From positions 62,806,001 through 62,870,000 of the forward strand of contig OZ241832.1 of the NCBI GenBank assembly GCA_965202585.1: a stretch of 64,000 bases of DNA. The letters run 5' to 3'. Of this stretch, positions 38,995-51,830 are shown in pieces. The translations under genes were made by a program, and so were the position numbers. Under the pieces are notes generated by a model. That model was not told where the DNA came from and made no database searches. It saw only the letters and a list, made by a program, of their open reading frames with translations. The DNA is from Thalia democratica. Taxonomy: Eukaryota. How positions within the stretch are numbered: the stretch's first letter is position 1; every line of letters begins with the position of its first letter.

Positions 38995-40390
38995 ATTAAG
39001 TGAATCGAGAATATTGTATACTAACATCAGCTAACAAATTAACAAAACATTCATTAAATGAACATTTGGTTAGTAATGCATTAAAAAACTTCAATGAAAA
39101 GCTACAAAATCAAAATGTAGTATTGTTTTATCAACTAACCTCAAAATTCAACCTGTCAGATAGTAAAATCACAAGTTTTAGATATATAGAACGTTTTTTT
39201 AGTATGATAGTTGAAACAGAAAGCTTTCTAAGGTTAGATTTTTGTACTGTCTCTAAAATACTTGGAAGTTATAGCCTACAAATCGATTCAGAAGTTGAAG
39301 TTCATAATGCTGCAAATAAATGGTTGAATCACAACTTTGAAGAAAATTGCAAGTTTTCAAAGCAGTTATCATTAAAAGTTCGTCTTAGTCTTTTGTCAGA
39401 ACATTATATAAAACATCTCATAAATTTATTTTCGTGTTTTTCTAAGAATAACGATTGTCTTGAAGTGTTGAAATACAGAAACTGTTTTTATCAGAATAGT
39501 TCTATTATTTATAATAAAAGTACACACTGTAACGAATACATGTTCAATATTCTTATTTCTGTAGGTTTTTGTCAGAGAGAACACAAACCTATTAAACAAG
39601 TAAAACAATTTTTGGAGATACTTTAGAAGAACTAAAGGACTCTCCTTTAATGTTAAAAAATCGGTGTTTTTTTAAAGCAGTTTATTTTAAAGGAGAAGGG
39701 TATGTTTTTGGTGGTATATGCACTGAAATATATCCTATTAGGTCAATTAAAAAATATTCACCTGTTAGTAAAACTTGGAATTATGTTTCTAATATGCCTG
39801 ATGAACGTCAATAGTTTTGTGCTTGTGCATTTATGGATACAATTTATCTTTTTGGTGGTCAAAGTTATGACTCTGGTTATTTTAAATCTTGTCTTCAGTT
39901 TGATCCCAAAACATTGAATTGGATAGAAATTGTGAAAATGAACGGACCGAGATCACATGCAGCTTGTTCAATATATGAAGAATATATTGTTGTTTCAGGT
40001 GGACGTTATTATAACAGAGATTCGAACTAAGTAGAATCATATGACGTTTTTGCTGATACTTGGACACCAATGCCAAATATGAATGAAAGAAGAAGTGATC
40101 ATAAATTAGTTTGTGTTAAAAGCAAAATTTTTGCAATATTTGGAGCAAATTTAAACACATATTGTGAAGTTTTTGATAAAACTAGCAATATGTTTGTCAC
40201 ACTTGTGTCACCTAAATTTTGTTTATCTGGCGTTGAAACTATTTTAGTTCGGTGTAAAATAATGGTTTTTCAAGTCAACGCACAAGATGTATTATGTTAT
40301 GACGTTGATAAAAATGAATGGTCAGATAAATCTTGTGAAGCTACAGAAAATATTGGTTATTTTTCATTAGTTAAAGTGCCTTGTTATTGA
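38995..40390 (+). pseudogene. Kelch-like paralogue 3, disabled exon 2
   Basis: Acceptor TTTCAG mutated to TTTCGG (38993-38994); TAA 38997-38999; ATG changed to GTG; frameshift near 39600-39626; nonsense TAG 39812-39814 and TAA 40028-40030. The ORF pieces 39000, 39833 and 40070 align to copy 2. Confidence 0.92.
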
Positions 40391-40857
40391 TATGACTAGC
40401 ATAAACTGAATGTATATTCGCAGTAATTTATAAAATGTTTGTAATTACTTACACTTAGGTATTCAACTAACGTTATATAAAAAATTCAGAAGTAAGATTC
40501 TTTATTTAAATTATAAAAAATTAATATATTTATTAGTTTCTATATGGCTATTAAGTTTTAATTTTGCCATTTAATTCTAAACTAAAGATAGTTTAAAAAA
40601 GCTAGAGATGATTTTCTCAAGATTAAAACCAATAAGGCTCTATTGAAATCTAAGTAATGCACTTTTTACGTTTTACTTGACATACAACGTTTTAATAACA
40701 GTTTAAAAAAAAATTTTATCAGTAAATTTTTATATGATTGTTATTGTTTAACATTTTGATTATAGACACAAACAGACGTATTTAGTAAGAAAAGTTTTGT
40801 AAACTTAAAGTTATAATAAACAATGAATTTTACCGCAAGATCAACAACAACAGCATC

Positions 40858-40918
40858 CGAGACAATCCTACGACCAGTTTCGTCCTTATTAGGACTCATT
40901 AGGTAGAAATAGTCGCGA
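40858..40918 (-). ncRNA. Type I hammerhead ribozyme, unit 1, core mutated (CUAAUGA, G5A)
   Basis: Minus strand: uuucuac CUAAUGA GUCCU AAUA AGGAC GAA AC UG GUC guagga. Stem I is fully paired (6 bp); putative cleavage site lies between 40872 and 40871. Confidence 0.85.
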
Positions 40919-41184
40919 GAAACCGCTATTGTGATCCTAGACAAGCGGGCTTAAGTACGAAGTACTGAAGCGACCGTTTGTGGGCAAAGTTGAAAAAAAT
41001 GACACAGCTAAATCATTCACAGCCCAGCGTCTCAGACATTGTCAGCTTGTTGTGAGATTATAGTCCGCGCTCGTTTGATCAGTTTTAGCCAGTATTTATT
41101 TCGGCCATCATCAACGAAGTTAAGATGTTTTATGCAATCGATAATAAACAATGAACTTTACCGCAAGATCAACAACAACAGCAT

Positions 41185-41245
41185 CCGAGACAATCCAACG
41201 ACCAGTTTCGTCCTTATTAGGACTCATCAGGCAGGAATAGTCGCG
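41185..41245 (-). ncRNA. Type I hammerhead ribozyme, unit 2, intact catalytic core
   Basis: Minus strand: gcgacuauuccugc CUGAUGA GUCCU AAUA AGGAC GAA AC UG GUC guuggauugucucgg. All conserved core nucleotides present, 5-bp stem II with G-C closing pair, minimal self-complementary stem III; site between 41200 and 41199. Confidence 0.9.
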
Positions 41246-41759
41246 AGAAACCGCTATTGTGATCCTAGACAAGCGGGCTTAAGTACGAAGTACTGAAGCG
41301 ACCGTTTGTGGGCAAAGTTGAAAAAATGACACAGCTAAATCATTCACAGCCCAACGTCTCAGACATTGTCAGCTTGTTGTGAGATTATAGTCCGCGCTCG
41401 TTTGATCAGTTTTACCCAGTATTTATTTCGGCCATCATCAACGAAGTTGAGATGTTTTATGCAATCGATAATAAACAATGAACTTTACCGTAAGATCAAC
41501 AACAACAGCAATTGCTCATTACATTGTCTTCTGACATTATCAAAGTTTATAGTATTAAATAGGGACTCTAATTTTAATTATCTACATTCTAATTTTTCTG
41601 ATCTGACCAACCCGAATTTATGAAATACTTTTTTAACTAAAAGGTTTAAAGTGAATTGCAACATTTAACAAAGGCGTCGCATTAGAACAATGCTCGACCT
41701 AAAATAAATGATAATCTAAGTAGACTTTTTTTTATATGTCGAAGCCTTATAAATAATGT

Positions 41760-41900
41760 TTTCGACTTTATCTACAAACGGTCGTTTCAGTGCTAATTTA
41801 CTTTATCCTGCTTGGTTACATGCTCACAGCTGTTTTACTCTCAAGTATAATGTTAACTTAAAGTAAACCTTATTAGGACCGGTCGTGGATCGTCTCGCAT
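41760..41900 (+). mobile_element. Decayed partial copy of the hammerhead repeat, inverted relative to the young array
   Basis: TTCGACTTTATCTACAAACGGTCGTTTCAGTGCT and CCTTATTAGGACCGGTCGTGGATCGTCTCG match the unit. GAAA and CUGAUGA are lost. Confidence 0.7.
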
Positions 41901-44444
41901 AAAGTAAAAAGTTTACAAGTTGATGTTTTAAATAATTTTTAATTAAAAAATATATTAGCAATAATTTTTTTAAATTTTGTTCTTGAGTATAAAACTGTAA
42001 ATTATTAGAAAATTCTATACATATTTTATTCGCTTTTTGAATCTTTCGCTTTACTTTTTATTTCATTGCTTTGTCCGCCATTGCATTTTTGGCTACTTCT
42101 GTTAATTTTAAAGTTTCACCAACCAACTTCAATTAATTATTTCACCATTTGGTTCATTTTAGAAGGTATTATCGTATTTAGTGACGCAATAGTATTGAAT
42201 ATTTAGTGTTGGGTGGTCAGTACAGAATAGTAATCTTAAACGATACGGCTACCCTTCTGAAAATATAGTCAGTTAAAATATTTTAGCTGAGTTTTAACAC
42301 ATACGTCACGCAAATTTTTACTGATTAAATTTTTCTCATTAAAACAGTGACGTCACGAAAAATTTTTTGTGAATTTTGCTTTTTTTTTCCAGCAAACTAT
42401 CAACTCTTTTGTAACAACCTAAAACGATAATTCTTACAATCGCTTCGTTACAACATAACATTACATACAATAAAATTTCACAATATAAAAAAAATTGATT
42501 ACTACTAAACATGTTAATCAGTATAAGATGTATTACATTTGAATTCATTAGCTTAATTTGTTAAGATTTAAATGCAAAACTGAATTTTAAAACACAAAAT
42601 TTTAGAAACGTTCCAACAAGCATAAAACTTTTGCATATCAAAATTCAAAACAACATTAGGCGAAAAAAAAGTTTAAAATCTAGAAAGTTTTATGTTTTTT
42701 AGTTTAACTAGTTGATATTTTATTTATTATCAATTATTTCAATACAGATTTTATCATTATTTATGCGCTTATTTACCTTTAATTATTAAAAGATAATACT
42801 AAAAGTTTATCTTATTACTACCGGATCTGCTGATATCATTAAACATGATTTTATTGATAAATACTTGAGTAAATTTTACATTTTTGATTTGATTAACCAG
42901 ATTTAAAATTAATTTTTTATAAAAAATAATTTAGAAGTAAAAGTACAATGTCTACTGCAGAAAAAATGCATAAATTATTAATTTTTTTACATAAATTTAG
43001 CATCTTAGAATTTTTGATTAATAATTTATTTTATATGTTAGTATAGGAATACCTGTTTCAAATAGAATTACGTTAGTTGTAGCCTTAATATGAGATCATA
43101 AGAAACTTATTCTATAAAACTCGGTTACAAGAAAGCACAAGCAAATCAAAAAACATTTTTTCTAAACAAATTTTCTGTTGAAAAAAAAATTGTAAAAATT
43201 TTAAACTATTTTTGTTTTCTAAAAGATAAAAGGCCCTGAAGCGTAATTTTATACACTAACACAAAATATTTTTTATATATAATTTAAGAAGAAAAAAATA
43301 TAGAATATAAGAAGAATATAATAATGAAATATTTTTTGTTTTTCAACTTAATTTTTATCAAATAGTGCTTTTCTACATATTACCCGCTTATATTAAATTA
43401 TTTTACGATTGTTATATTTACTTATACTTTAAAACTAGACAAAACAAAAAGTTCAATAAACTTTCACCGTTACTCGATTAAATGAGTATCAGTTTTTGTG
43501 ATGTTAGTTTGCACCTAGTGGTAGATACTCAGTTTTGTTTATATAATTATAATTTTTTTTTTAATATTTTAAACTCCCGTTGCAGCAGTTTTAAAACTTC
43601 GTTTCTAAAAAAATTAAAAAGTGTGCAATTTATTTTAAGTTTAGATAAATTGACAAAATATGAAGTATTTATAAAAAAAAGGTCTTTTTTATCGCTAAAT
43701 CTGATACGGTAAATAAAAATCAGAAAAATTTAACAAACTTAGTTATGTAAATTTTATTTTGATCAAAAGTAAACTGCACAACTATTTAAAAAAAACTTTT
43801 AAACATATTTTTTTTTTATAAAACATTTGATTACTAAAAAACTTGTTTTGAGTTTCTGAGTTACTTGCAATTAGTTAGTTACAATTAATAACAGGTATAA
43901 AAAAATTAAAATTATAAGGTAGATTTTTTATAAACAGTTTATAAGTGTGTCTTTATCTGTTTACTGTTTAAAAAATTCTGTAATTAATTTCCGTATTTAA
44001 CTTTAACTAGTATATTGCTTTATAACATAATATTAAATTAAAAAATTTCCAAAAATAAGCTCTGATTAAAATATTTCAACTTTCATAAGAGCTTGGTCGG
44101 TTAAATAACTGTAAATAGTTATAAACACTTTGTAATATGTAAAAACATACGTTAGCACTAATCGTCAACTAAAATTGATTATAAAATTCGATTTAATTCA
44201 GTTTAGAATACGAAGTCAATATTTCACAAACTCATTACTTCTTTTCAATTTTTTAAAATATAGAAACTGAGCTGACATGTTAATATTTCTAAATATCTTG
44301 CACACTTGCTACGTTTTTATAATTATTAAAAACCTTTTAAACTTACCAAGATAATGTTAAGGGCCAGTATCGATTGTACTTCTACAATTAAAACCATGTT
44401 ATCAGTACATGACTGAAAAAATCACAAGTCGCTACTATCTAGAA

Positions 44445-44580
44445 TTGGGTTTCCTAATGTGGTCCATATGACCACTTCTGGGGCTTTTTAGCAACTCAGG
44501 TGGCGATTAACTGCAAAGATGCGAAATGGTGGCCATGACTAGTATAAAATAAAAAAGGGATACTTAGGGACATTTTCGCG
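44445..44580 (+). mobile_element. Charlie-like terminal fragment
   Basis: GGGTTTCCTAATGTGGTCCATATGACCAC resembles the reverse complement of the ends at 35093-35118 and 28925-28950. Confidence 0.3.
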
Positions 44581-46444
44581 AGAAATAAAAAAAAATATAT
44601 TAATAATTCTGGGTATTGCAATTGTTAGGGGCAAACGAATTTTTTTTAAAGAAGGTGTTTATGCCAACTCGTTTCGGAAAACTAGATAGAAAATTAGTTA
44701 TTTGTTAATTTTTTGTTTTTGTTTTATATTCTCTAAATTTACATTTGATTTCGATTTAAATGTTAGAATAAAAATGTTGTTACAAAAGTATTAGTAATAT
44801 AAATTATTATTTTTAATGAAATATAAGTAGTTCGTATTACTTATTTAACTAAAATTTACGAACTGCGTATAATATTACTTAAAAATTTGTTTTGTTTCTA
44901 TTTTTATTATTATAAAAAATAGTAATTTAGTGTAATTTTTACATTCTTTATGCATAAGTTAAAATAGAAGGCTTGATTTCATTACAAAAAGTGTTTAAGA
45001 ATGTCTGGAAATGGTTATGTATATTTTTAGTTTAGGAAGCTCTAAAATATAATTTAATACAATTGTTTGTTCTACAAGTGGTTTGAAACAGTGCTTGTGC
45101 ACAACTACGTGCACCAATTTATAGTATATTGTAAACAAAAAAGTGCGCACAGTAGAATTTTATTAATTTGGCAGGAAGAGATCGCTTTTTTCTACAGTGG
45201 ATTATGAAAAACAGAAATCCCAATTTAAAAGAAAGTAAGCTATTAAAATTTTTAATATTTTATGTTATGAAACTAAGTAATTAAAGATAGTTTAACTACC
45301 ATATTTCTTGATACATTTTTAATTAATTTGTAGTTTTACTCACAAATAAAAGCAAAATTTCAGTATATTAACTTTGCTACAAACGTTAAAGATAATAAAT
45401 ACTAGTTTACAGTTTTACTTTCTTTTAAAATAAATTTAAAACTTTATCCATTTTCATCTTCAACTCTTATATAAGTTTTCAACATGTCAGTATGATTATA
45501 GACTACACAAATGCTAATACTAAAACTAAGTGTATACCACAACTTAAATATTCACTAATTAGAAAACCTATAAATTTTAAAAACTTGTTAGTGCTAAATA
45601 AAAGCAAACAAGTTATATATATATATAAACTAAACACATTCAAGTATAATTGTTGTACTGACTTTTATTTCTTATCATAATTAATAGCTGTTTTTATGCA
45701 AATTTAGTCGTATATTAAATCTTACATTTTATATGTACTTGGTATTGTTGGTTTTGTTTTAAATTAACCGTTTACTTTAATAACTGTTAATAGAAGCCAA
45801 AGATTATAATGGATAATGCACAAAATTGTAGAAAGCAATGGTCTATTTCAATTTACATAAGAAAAAAACAAAACAATAAAAAACGTAAACGTATTTAGAA
45901 AGTAAGTTACATTGTTTTTATTAAAAAAACATTTATCAGTTTTTTTGATGATTATAACTTTATCAAACTTTATAAGAAAAATTTTTGTACAAAAGTTATA
46001 GACATATGATAATGTTTATAAAACAACTAGATTTCAATTTAAAAAACTTTTTTAAATTAAGCATGTCTATTTCAGTATAAGTTAGACGTGTTTTCAAACA
46101 AAATCATAAAAGAAAATCCGAACAAAAATGTTCTCAACAATACTTATCATTTAAAGCGTATAATATGAAACGAGTTGAAAAATTAGCTTATATTTCTAAA
46201 ACCCCTTGTTAACTTCAACAAAACAAAAATAATTTTAGCAAGTTTTAATTTCTTTTGACACTTATAAATAAAATAAATTCAACATCTAAAAAACCTAAAT
46301 AAGTATGTTAATTTTATAAAAAAATTTATAAAGAACAATTTTCAATAACTATTTCAATAGTACTAACTTAAACTCCTTAACTTTGAATAAAAATAGAATT
46401 ATCACTAATCGCTATAAAAACAACCACATAGAAAAATTTTAACA

Positions 46445-47835
46445 TCAGTACAAAGGGACCTTTACAGTTAAATAACCTGAAATATTTTCAGTAGCTTTAC
46501 ATAAATTTTCTGACCATTCACCTTTATCAACATCATAACATAATACAACTTTTGTAAAATTTTGAAAGAAAAATATTTTACTTCCAACTAAAATAGATTT
46601 GATGTCAAATGAAACGAAATCAGGCGATTTAAGTGTTACAAACTTATTGCTAATTTTATCAAAAACTTCACAATCTGTGTTTAAATCCGCACCACCACCG
46701 ATTGCAAACAGTTTGCTTTTAAGACAAAGTAAACTATGATCACGTCTTCTTTCAATCAGACTTGGCATTCGTGTCCAAGTATCAGTAAAAACATTATATG
46801 ATTCTACTGTGTTCAATAGTCCATTGTTATATCCGCCAGAAACTATTATATTTCCTTCAAATATTTCACAAGCTGCACGTGACTTTGCTCCGTTCATTTC
46901 TGCAACTTCGTTCCATTTCAATGTTTTAACATCAAATTGAAGGCAAGTTTTTAAATAACAGTTCGCTAAGTTATGTCCACCAAAAAGGTATACTTTATTC
47001 ATAAATGAACAAGCACAAAAGTATTGGCGTTCATCAGGTAAATTACAAACATAACTCCAAGTTTTATTAACAGTAGAATATTTTTCAACCGACTTAAAAG
47101 GATTTTGCGCAGGACTAAATCCACCAAATACATATACTTCTCCTTTAAAACAAACTGCTTTTGAATAATATCGTTTTTCTAACATTATAGAAGGTCCCTG
47201 GAGTTCTTCTAAATTATTTGCACATATCTCTTTTACTTGGTTAACATATTTGCTTTGTTTTCGACAATAACCTCCACAAATAAGAATATTGAACATTTTT
47301 TGGTTACATTGTCTACTTTTATTAAAATAACTAGACACATTCTGACTATCTCTGTTTTCAAACATTTCACCACATTCATTGCTTTTAGAAATACATGAAG
47401 ACTCATTTTGGAGATATTCTAGTACTTGTTCTGATAAAAGATTAAGACGAACTTTTAATAACAACTGTTTTGCAAATTTGCTGCGTTCTAGAATGTTATG
47501 ATTTGACCATTTAACTGCAGCATTATAAACTTCAACTTCTGAGTCATATTCTAAACTAGAACTTGCAAATATTTTTAAGACAAAAGATTTTTCTAACTCT
47601 AAAAAGTTTTGAGTTTCAATTACCATAACAAAAAAACGTTCTATATAATTAAATATTGTTTTCTGAAGACTTAGTAAGAAGAACAACCCAGAAAACTGAT
47701 AATAAGTTGCAGCATTATGAGTTTTTAGTTTCTTATTGATAACATCGCATACTTTACTCATATTTTTCTCTTCTAAAAACAATGAACTTGATTTAACTAT
47801 CATCATAAGTTCTGAATAATCGTTCTTCATTTTAC
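46445..47835 (-). CDS. Kelch-like paralogue 4, exon 2; intact complement(join(46445..47835,48932..49109)) = 522 aa
   Basis: Acceptor TTATTTCAG| at 47837-47836; G+GT=Gly, in frame with the 468-aa BACK/Kelch ORF; total 1569 nt. Confidence 0.9.
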
Positions 47836-47939
47836 CTGAAATAATTTTCATTTAAGTTACATACAAATTTAACTTTGTATTTTACTTTCTATTTAACAAC
47901 TACGAAGACTTTGTTCGTGTTTTTCAAATAAAAATTTAA

Positions 47940-48520
47940 GATTGCCGGATACTAGTATTTGAATTCGGTTTCGGCCGGATGTTTATTAGAAATTGTTTTC
48001 GGTTAGGCTAAAAGTTTACAAGAAAAATTATGCGGATCCGGCAGCATCCTATTTGAAACAATACTAACTTGATCCGTCTTAATCCGTATGTTATATTTCT
48101 AGTAGGTCACTAAATTTACTTCATTATCTTTTTCTTCAGAAGAAAGGTAAATGACATTTTACAAAATTTATGTACTAGATGTTCTGCATTCATGATGAAG
48201 AGCAAAAAAAAGTCTCAGGCGTATTTGAGCTAGTTTTAAAACTTACACTAGACACTACGAAAAAAATCGAAAACCATATGTAACTTACACTAATTAAATT
48301 GGAGTTTATGATTAAAATGATAAACAGCAATAAAAGGAATTATTTTGAATCATTTAAAGTTGAAAAGTCTGACAGAATTCGGCCAGATCTAAATATTAAG
48401 TAAAACAAGGATCTTGATCTGGCTAGATGCTAATTTTTAAATTAGATTCCAATTTTAATTTAAAAATGAGATACTGAATCGGATACGACCGGATTCATAT
48501 TTTTCTGGGTTCGGTAGTTC
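47940..48520. mobile_element. Degenerate CCGGA-repeat (hAT-like) remnants in the gene 4 intron
   Basis: Scattered CCGGAT/CGGCC(G/A)GAT motifs similar to the 17797 family; ends not resolved. Confidence 0.3.
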
Positions 48521-48931
48521 TTTTACAAAAATAATTAACTCAACTTAATATTAACTCAACAATTAAAGAGTATCAGCCTTCAATCTACATAAAATAAATT
48601 TAGTTTAAGTTGTTTGTTTTAAAAGTAGTTTTTATTGTAATTTTTGAAGTTTATTACTAATTATTTCACAAAGTATGTTTCAGAACTATTTGTTAAAGAT
48701 TCAAAGTTTATCGGTAAAAAAACAAAAAGTATTATTTCTTTTAGAGAGGCAAATAAATTTTGTATGTAATTAATGTAATTTTAAAATAAAATTTAAGTAC
48801 TTATTCAATGATAAGGTGCATTTACTAACTAAGTATTTTTACTACGTTTACCAATTTAGTTATGAATAGTTTAAATTAGTGGTATAAGACAAGTGCAAGT
48901 TTTATAAATAATTATCTTAATCTTTACTTAC

Positions 48932-49109
48932 CAGACTTGTTGAAACCTTGTAATTTTTTCTTTGTAGTTTTCTTGCAAAACGTTAAAAAGTTCACAAAGA
49001 TGTTTAATGGTAGTGATATTTCTTCTAGTTTTATTTTCTTTAAATCAATATCATTCTGTTTGTTTTTAGTTGAGCTAACGTCATGTAGTTTAACTGCAGT
49101 TCTTTTCAT
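48932..49109 (-). CDS. Kelch-like paralogue 4, exon 1 (59 codons + 1 nt, divergent)
   Basis: MKRTAVK...KKIKLEEIS...NFLTFCK...FNKS with G|GTAAGT donor at 48931; same phase and F-x-x-F-C-K motif as the other exon 1s. Confidence 0.8.
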
Positions 49110-50199
49110 ATTAATTTTAATAATCTAAAAAAATGTCAATTTTCAATAAATAAAGTTTTATACAATGTGCATGAAAAAAATTCAAAATATAGTTATTAAA
49201 TTCTTGTATATAACTTTTTGATATATTAATATGTGTACTAAAACAGTTAGCTTAGATAAACATGACTTCTAGTTTAATATTATAAAGTACAATATAAAAA
49301 ATTTTATCAGTTTTTTTGAGTATAGTTAATTTTTATAAATAGTTTAAATAAACTATTTATTTATATATGTCCATCAAATTATTTTTTTTTGTATCTAGCA
49401 AACAAATACTGTAATGCTAAATATTTATTATATAAAAGTATACGAAGTACAAAACTAAAAGAACTTTCTTTACATTATTTAACGTACAACATTAGAACGA
49501 ATAAACAGTTTCTACTTTTTTTTGTAACACACTACCATAATACAAATCTAATTTTTTATGATTGAAACTAAACAATCGATCATTTTACTATAACTATTAA
49601 TAAGTGTGTGAGAATTCAATTTGAAAGAAATTGAAGTTAGAACTTAAATAAATAATTATAATTAAAAAAACTAATTTTTCAAAATACGTTATGGAGTTAC
49701 TAATTCCAAATCAAATAAAATTCTAAGCAGAGACTAATTTATAAAGAAGTTTGTTATAACTTAAGTCAGTGGTCGTCAAGTTAATCAAAATCTGTGGACA
49801 CTAGAGTGCATCTGTTACCCGACCTTTAAATTTCGCTTTGTAAAATTTTTGACGTTGGGAAATCACATAAACAGACAGCAAAAAAAAAACTTTCTATCTT
49901 TATGCCTGCTGAAGCAATTATGCCTGCTTAAGCAAAATACCTTTGAAAATTTTGCTTTATATCGGTGTACTCATAAAGAATAAAAAAGACTTTTTTACTA
50001 AAAACTTATTTTCTCCTACAATTTCGAGATAATTAATTAAAACGGTTAGGAAATGTTTTTTGCCATACTTAGAAAATTATGTACAGAGAAAATTTAAAAA
50101 AATAAGAATCATAAAAAATCTAAATTTCTTAAGTTAGTTTTGCACAAAGTTTTTATTTCTTTAAATGCTAATATTATCGTTATCATAATAACATAAGTT

Positions 50200-51830
50200 A
50201 AACCTGAAATAATAAAACAAACTTTAAAAATCTGAGTCATAAAAGCATATGGATATTTAACAATAATATTAAAACTAGTTTAAGTTTGAAAAAAAGACAT
50301 ACTCAGTCAAATTGTATTTTGAAGAAAATTTAAATCTTTATTTATAAAGAAAATCTTTATAAATATTTTTTTACTTAGATATAGTGTTTGATAAAGTAAT
50401 TTAAACAAAGTTGGCTAAAGAAAACTAAAAATTTAATCAATTCAAAAAGATCTCATTTAAGATCTAGAAATACAATGGACTAAAATTTTCAAACATTTTT
50501 GAAATTAAGCTGAGTTTTTTATTTAAAAAATTAAGCTGTCTTGAGTTATTTTGAGTGGTTTTATTATTATAAACTAATCTAAATTAGCCTGAAATATACC
50601 AAATCATGCTGAAATTTTTAAAACACTTTAACTAACATTAGTTATCCTGAGTGTGTGACAACCTAGCATGAGTTAAATCAAACTAGCCTGGGTATTTTAA
50701 ATTTTTGAAAAAGCTGAAAAAGTATAAAGCTAATCTATCCTGAAAAAAATCATCATCATTAATATAATCAGCTAAATTGGACGTACAACAAAAAAAAGAG
50801 ACTTTAAATATCTGAGTCTTAAAAGCATCTGGAGATTTGACAATAATATCAAAACTAGTTTAAGTTTGAAAAAAAAGACATAATCAGTCAAATTGTATTC
50901 TGAAGAATAGTTTCAACTAGCATGAATGAAAAGCAACCTTTACTCGTAATAAATCTTAGAACTGAATATTAACAGAGGTAAAAAGTAAAGAGAAAAGACT
51001 TTTTTTAAAGTAAAAGTATCAATTTACATAGAATAAAAACTGAGATTCTTAATTAGTATTATAAGTTAAATCAAAATATTTTAATGATGATTTATAGTGA
51101 GTATAATTTATAGCCGTTTTTAAAACCAAAAAAATCAGTCTGAGCAACCATAACAAGCATCAGCAGGGTTGCTACTTTTTAAATCAAAATACTTTCTTAA
51201 ATTACTTTAAACCGTATTTGGTCATCTTTAATTATAATCCTTAAAATAAAATTTATTTTAAAAATGTTTATATAAATAAGATTCAAAACAAAGTCAGTTT
51301 AATAACACCAAATAATAAACCTAACTTTAAAAAATTTTGAAATTGTCTAAAAAATAATTGACTGAAATTAAAAAAAAATATTTGAAAGTATGATGAATTT
51401 TTTAATTAAAACCCTCAACTTGTTATAAGTGATTTGTTAATTTTAAGTTAGTCTTTACTTGCTTTGAATATACCAAATCATCTTTATATTTTCATAACCT
51501 AACTAAATTTATCCTGATTGTGTGACAAACTAGCATTACTTACATCGAACTAGCCTGGCTAATCAAAGTTTTCGAAAACATAAGAGAAAATTTAAAGCTG
51601 AAAAAGTTTAAATAAAATCTATCCTAAGTTCTAAAAACTATTACTGTTATAATTAAATAAGTAAGACCTAAATTGAAATAAAAACATTTAAGTATACTTT
51701 TATCCTAGTCATAAAAACACCTGCAGATTCAATAAAACTATTAAAACTACTTAAAGTTTTGCAAAAAAAAAAAGACACCCTTAGTCAGATTGTATTTAAA
51801 AATAGTTTTAACTTGCATGAGAGAAATCCA
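50200..51830 (+). repeat. Local cluster of 2-3 copy direct repeats (AAACTAGCCTG family)
   Basis: 50220-50330 matches 50800-50910 and more weakly 51700-51810. 50570-50740 matches 51480-51620. The ACTAGCCTG motif also occurs at 18070-18430. Confidence 0.6.

Larger units (their letters stand above)
40813..41510 (-). mobile_element. Retrozyme-like tandem repeat: two full 327/328-bp units plus 43 bp, each full unit with a hammerhead ribozyme
   Basis: Unit starts ATAATAAACAATGAA at 40813, 41141 and 41468. Units are ~97% identical and 43% GC (counted for unit 2) in AT-rich surroundings. Hammerhead motifs are on the minus strand. Confidence 0.88.

Noticed and set aside
41039-41623. Twin 85-aa ORFs (41039, 41366) and the minus ORF 40741-40944
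   Set aside because: By-products of the GC-richer tandem unit; the conserved feature is RNA structure, not coding.
49766-49950. CAGTGGTCGTCAA Charlie-like left end
   Set aside because: No partner TIR or TSD found; too short to support a call.
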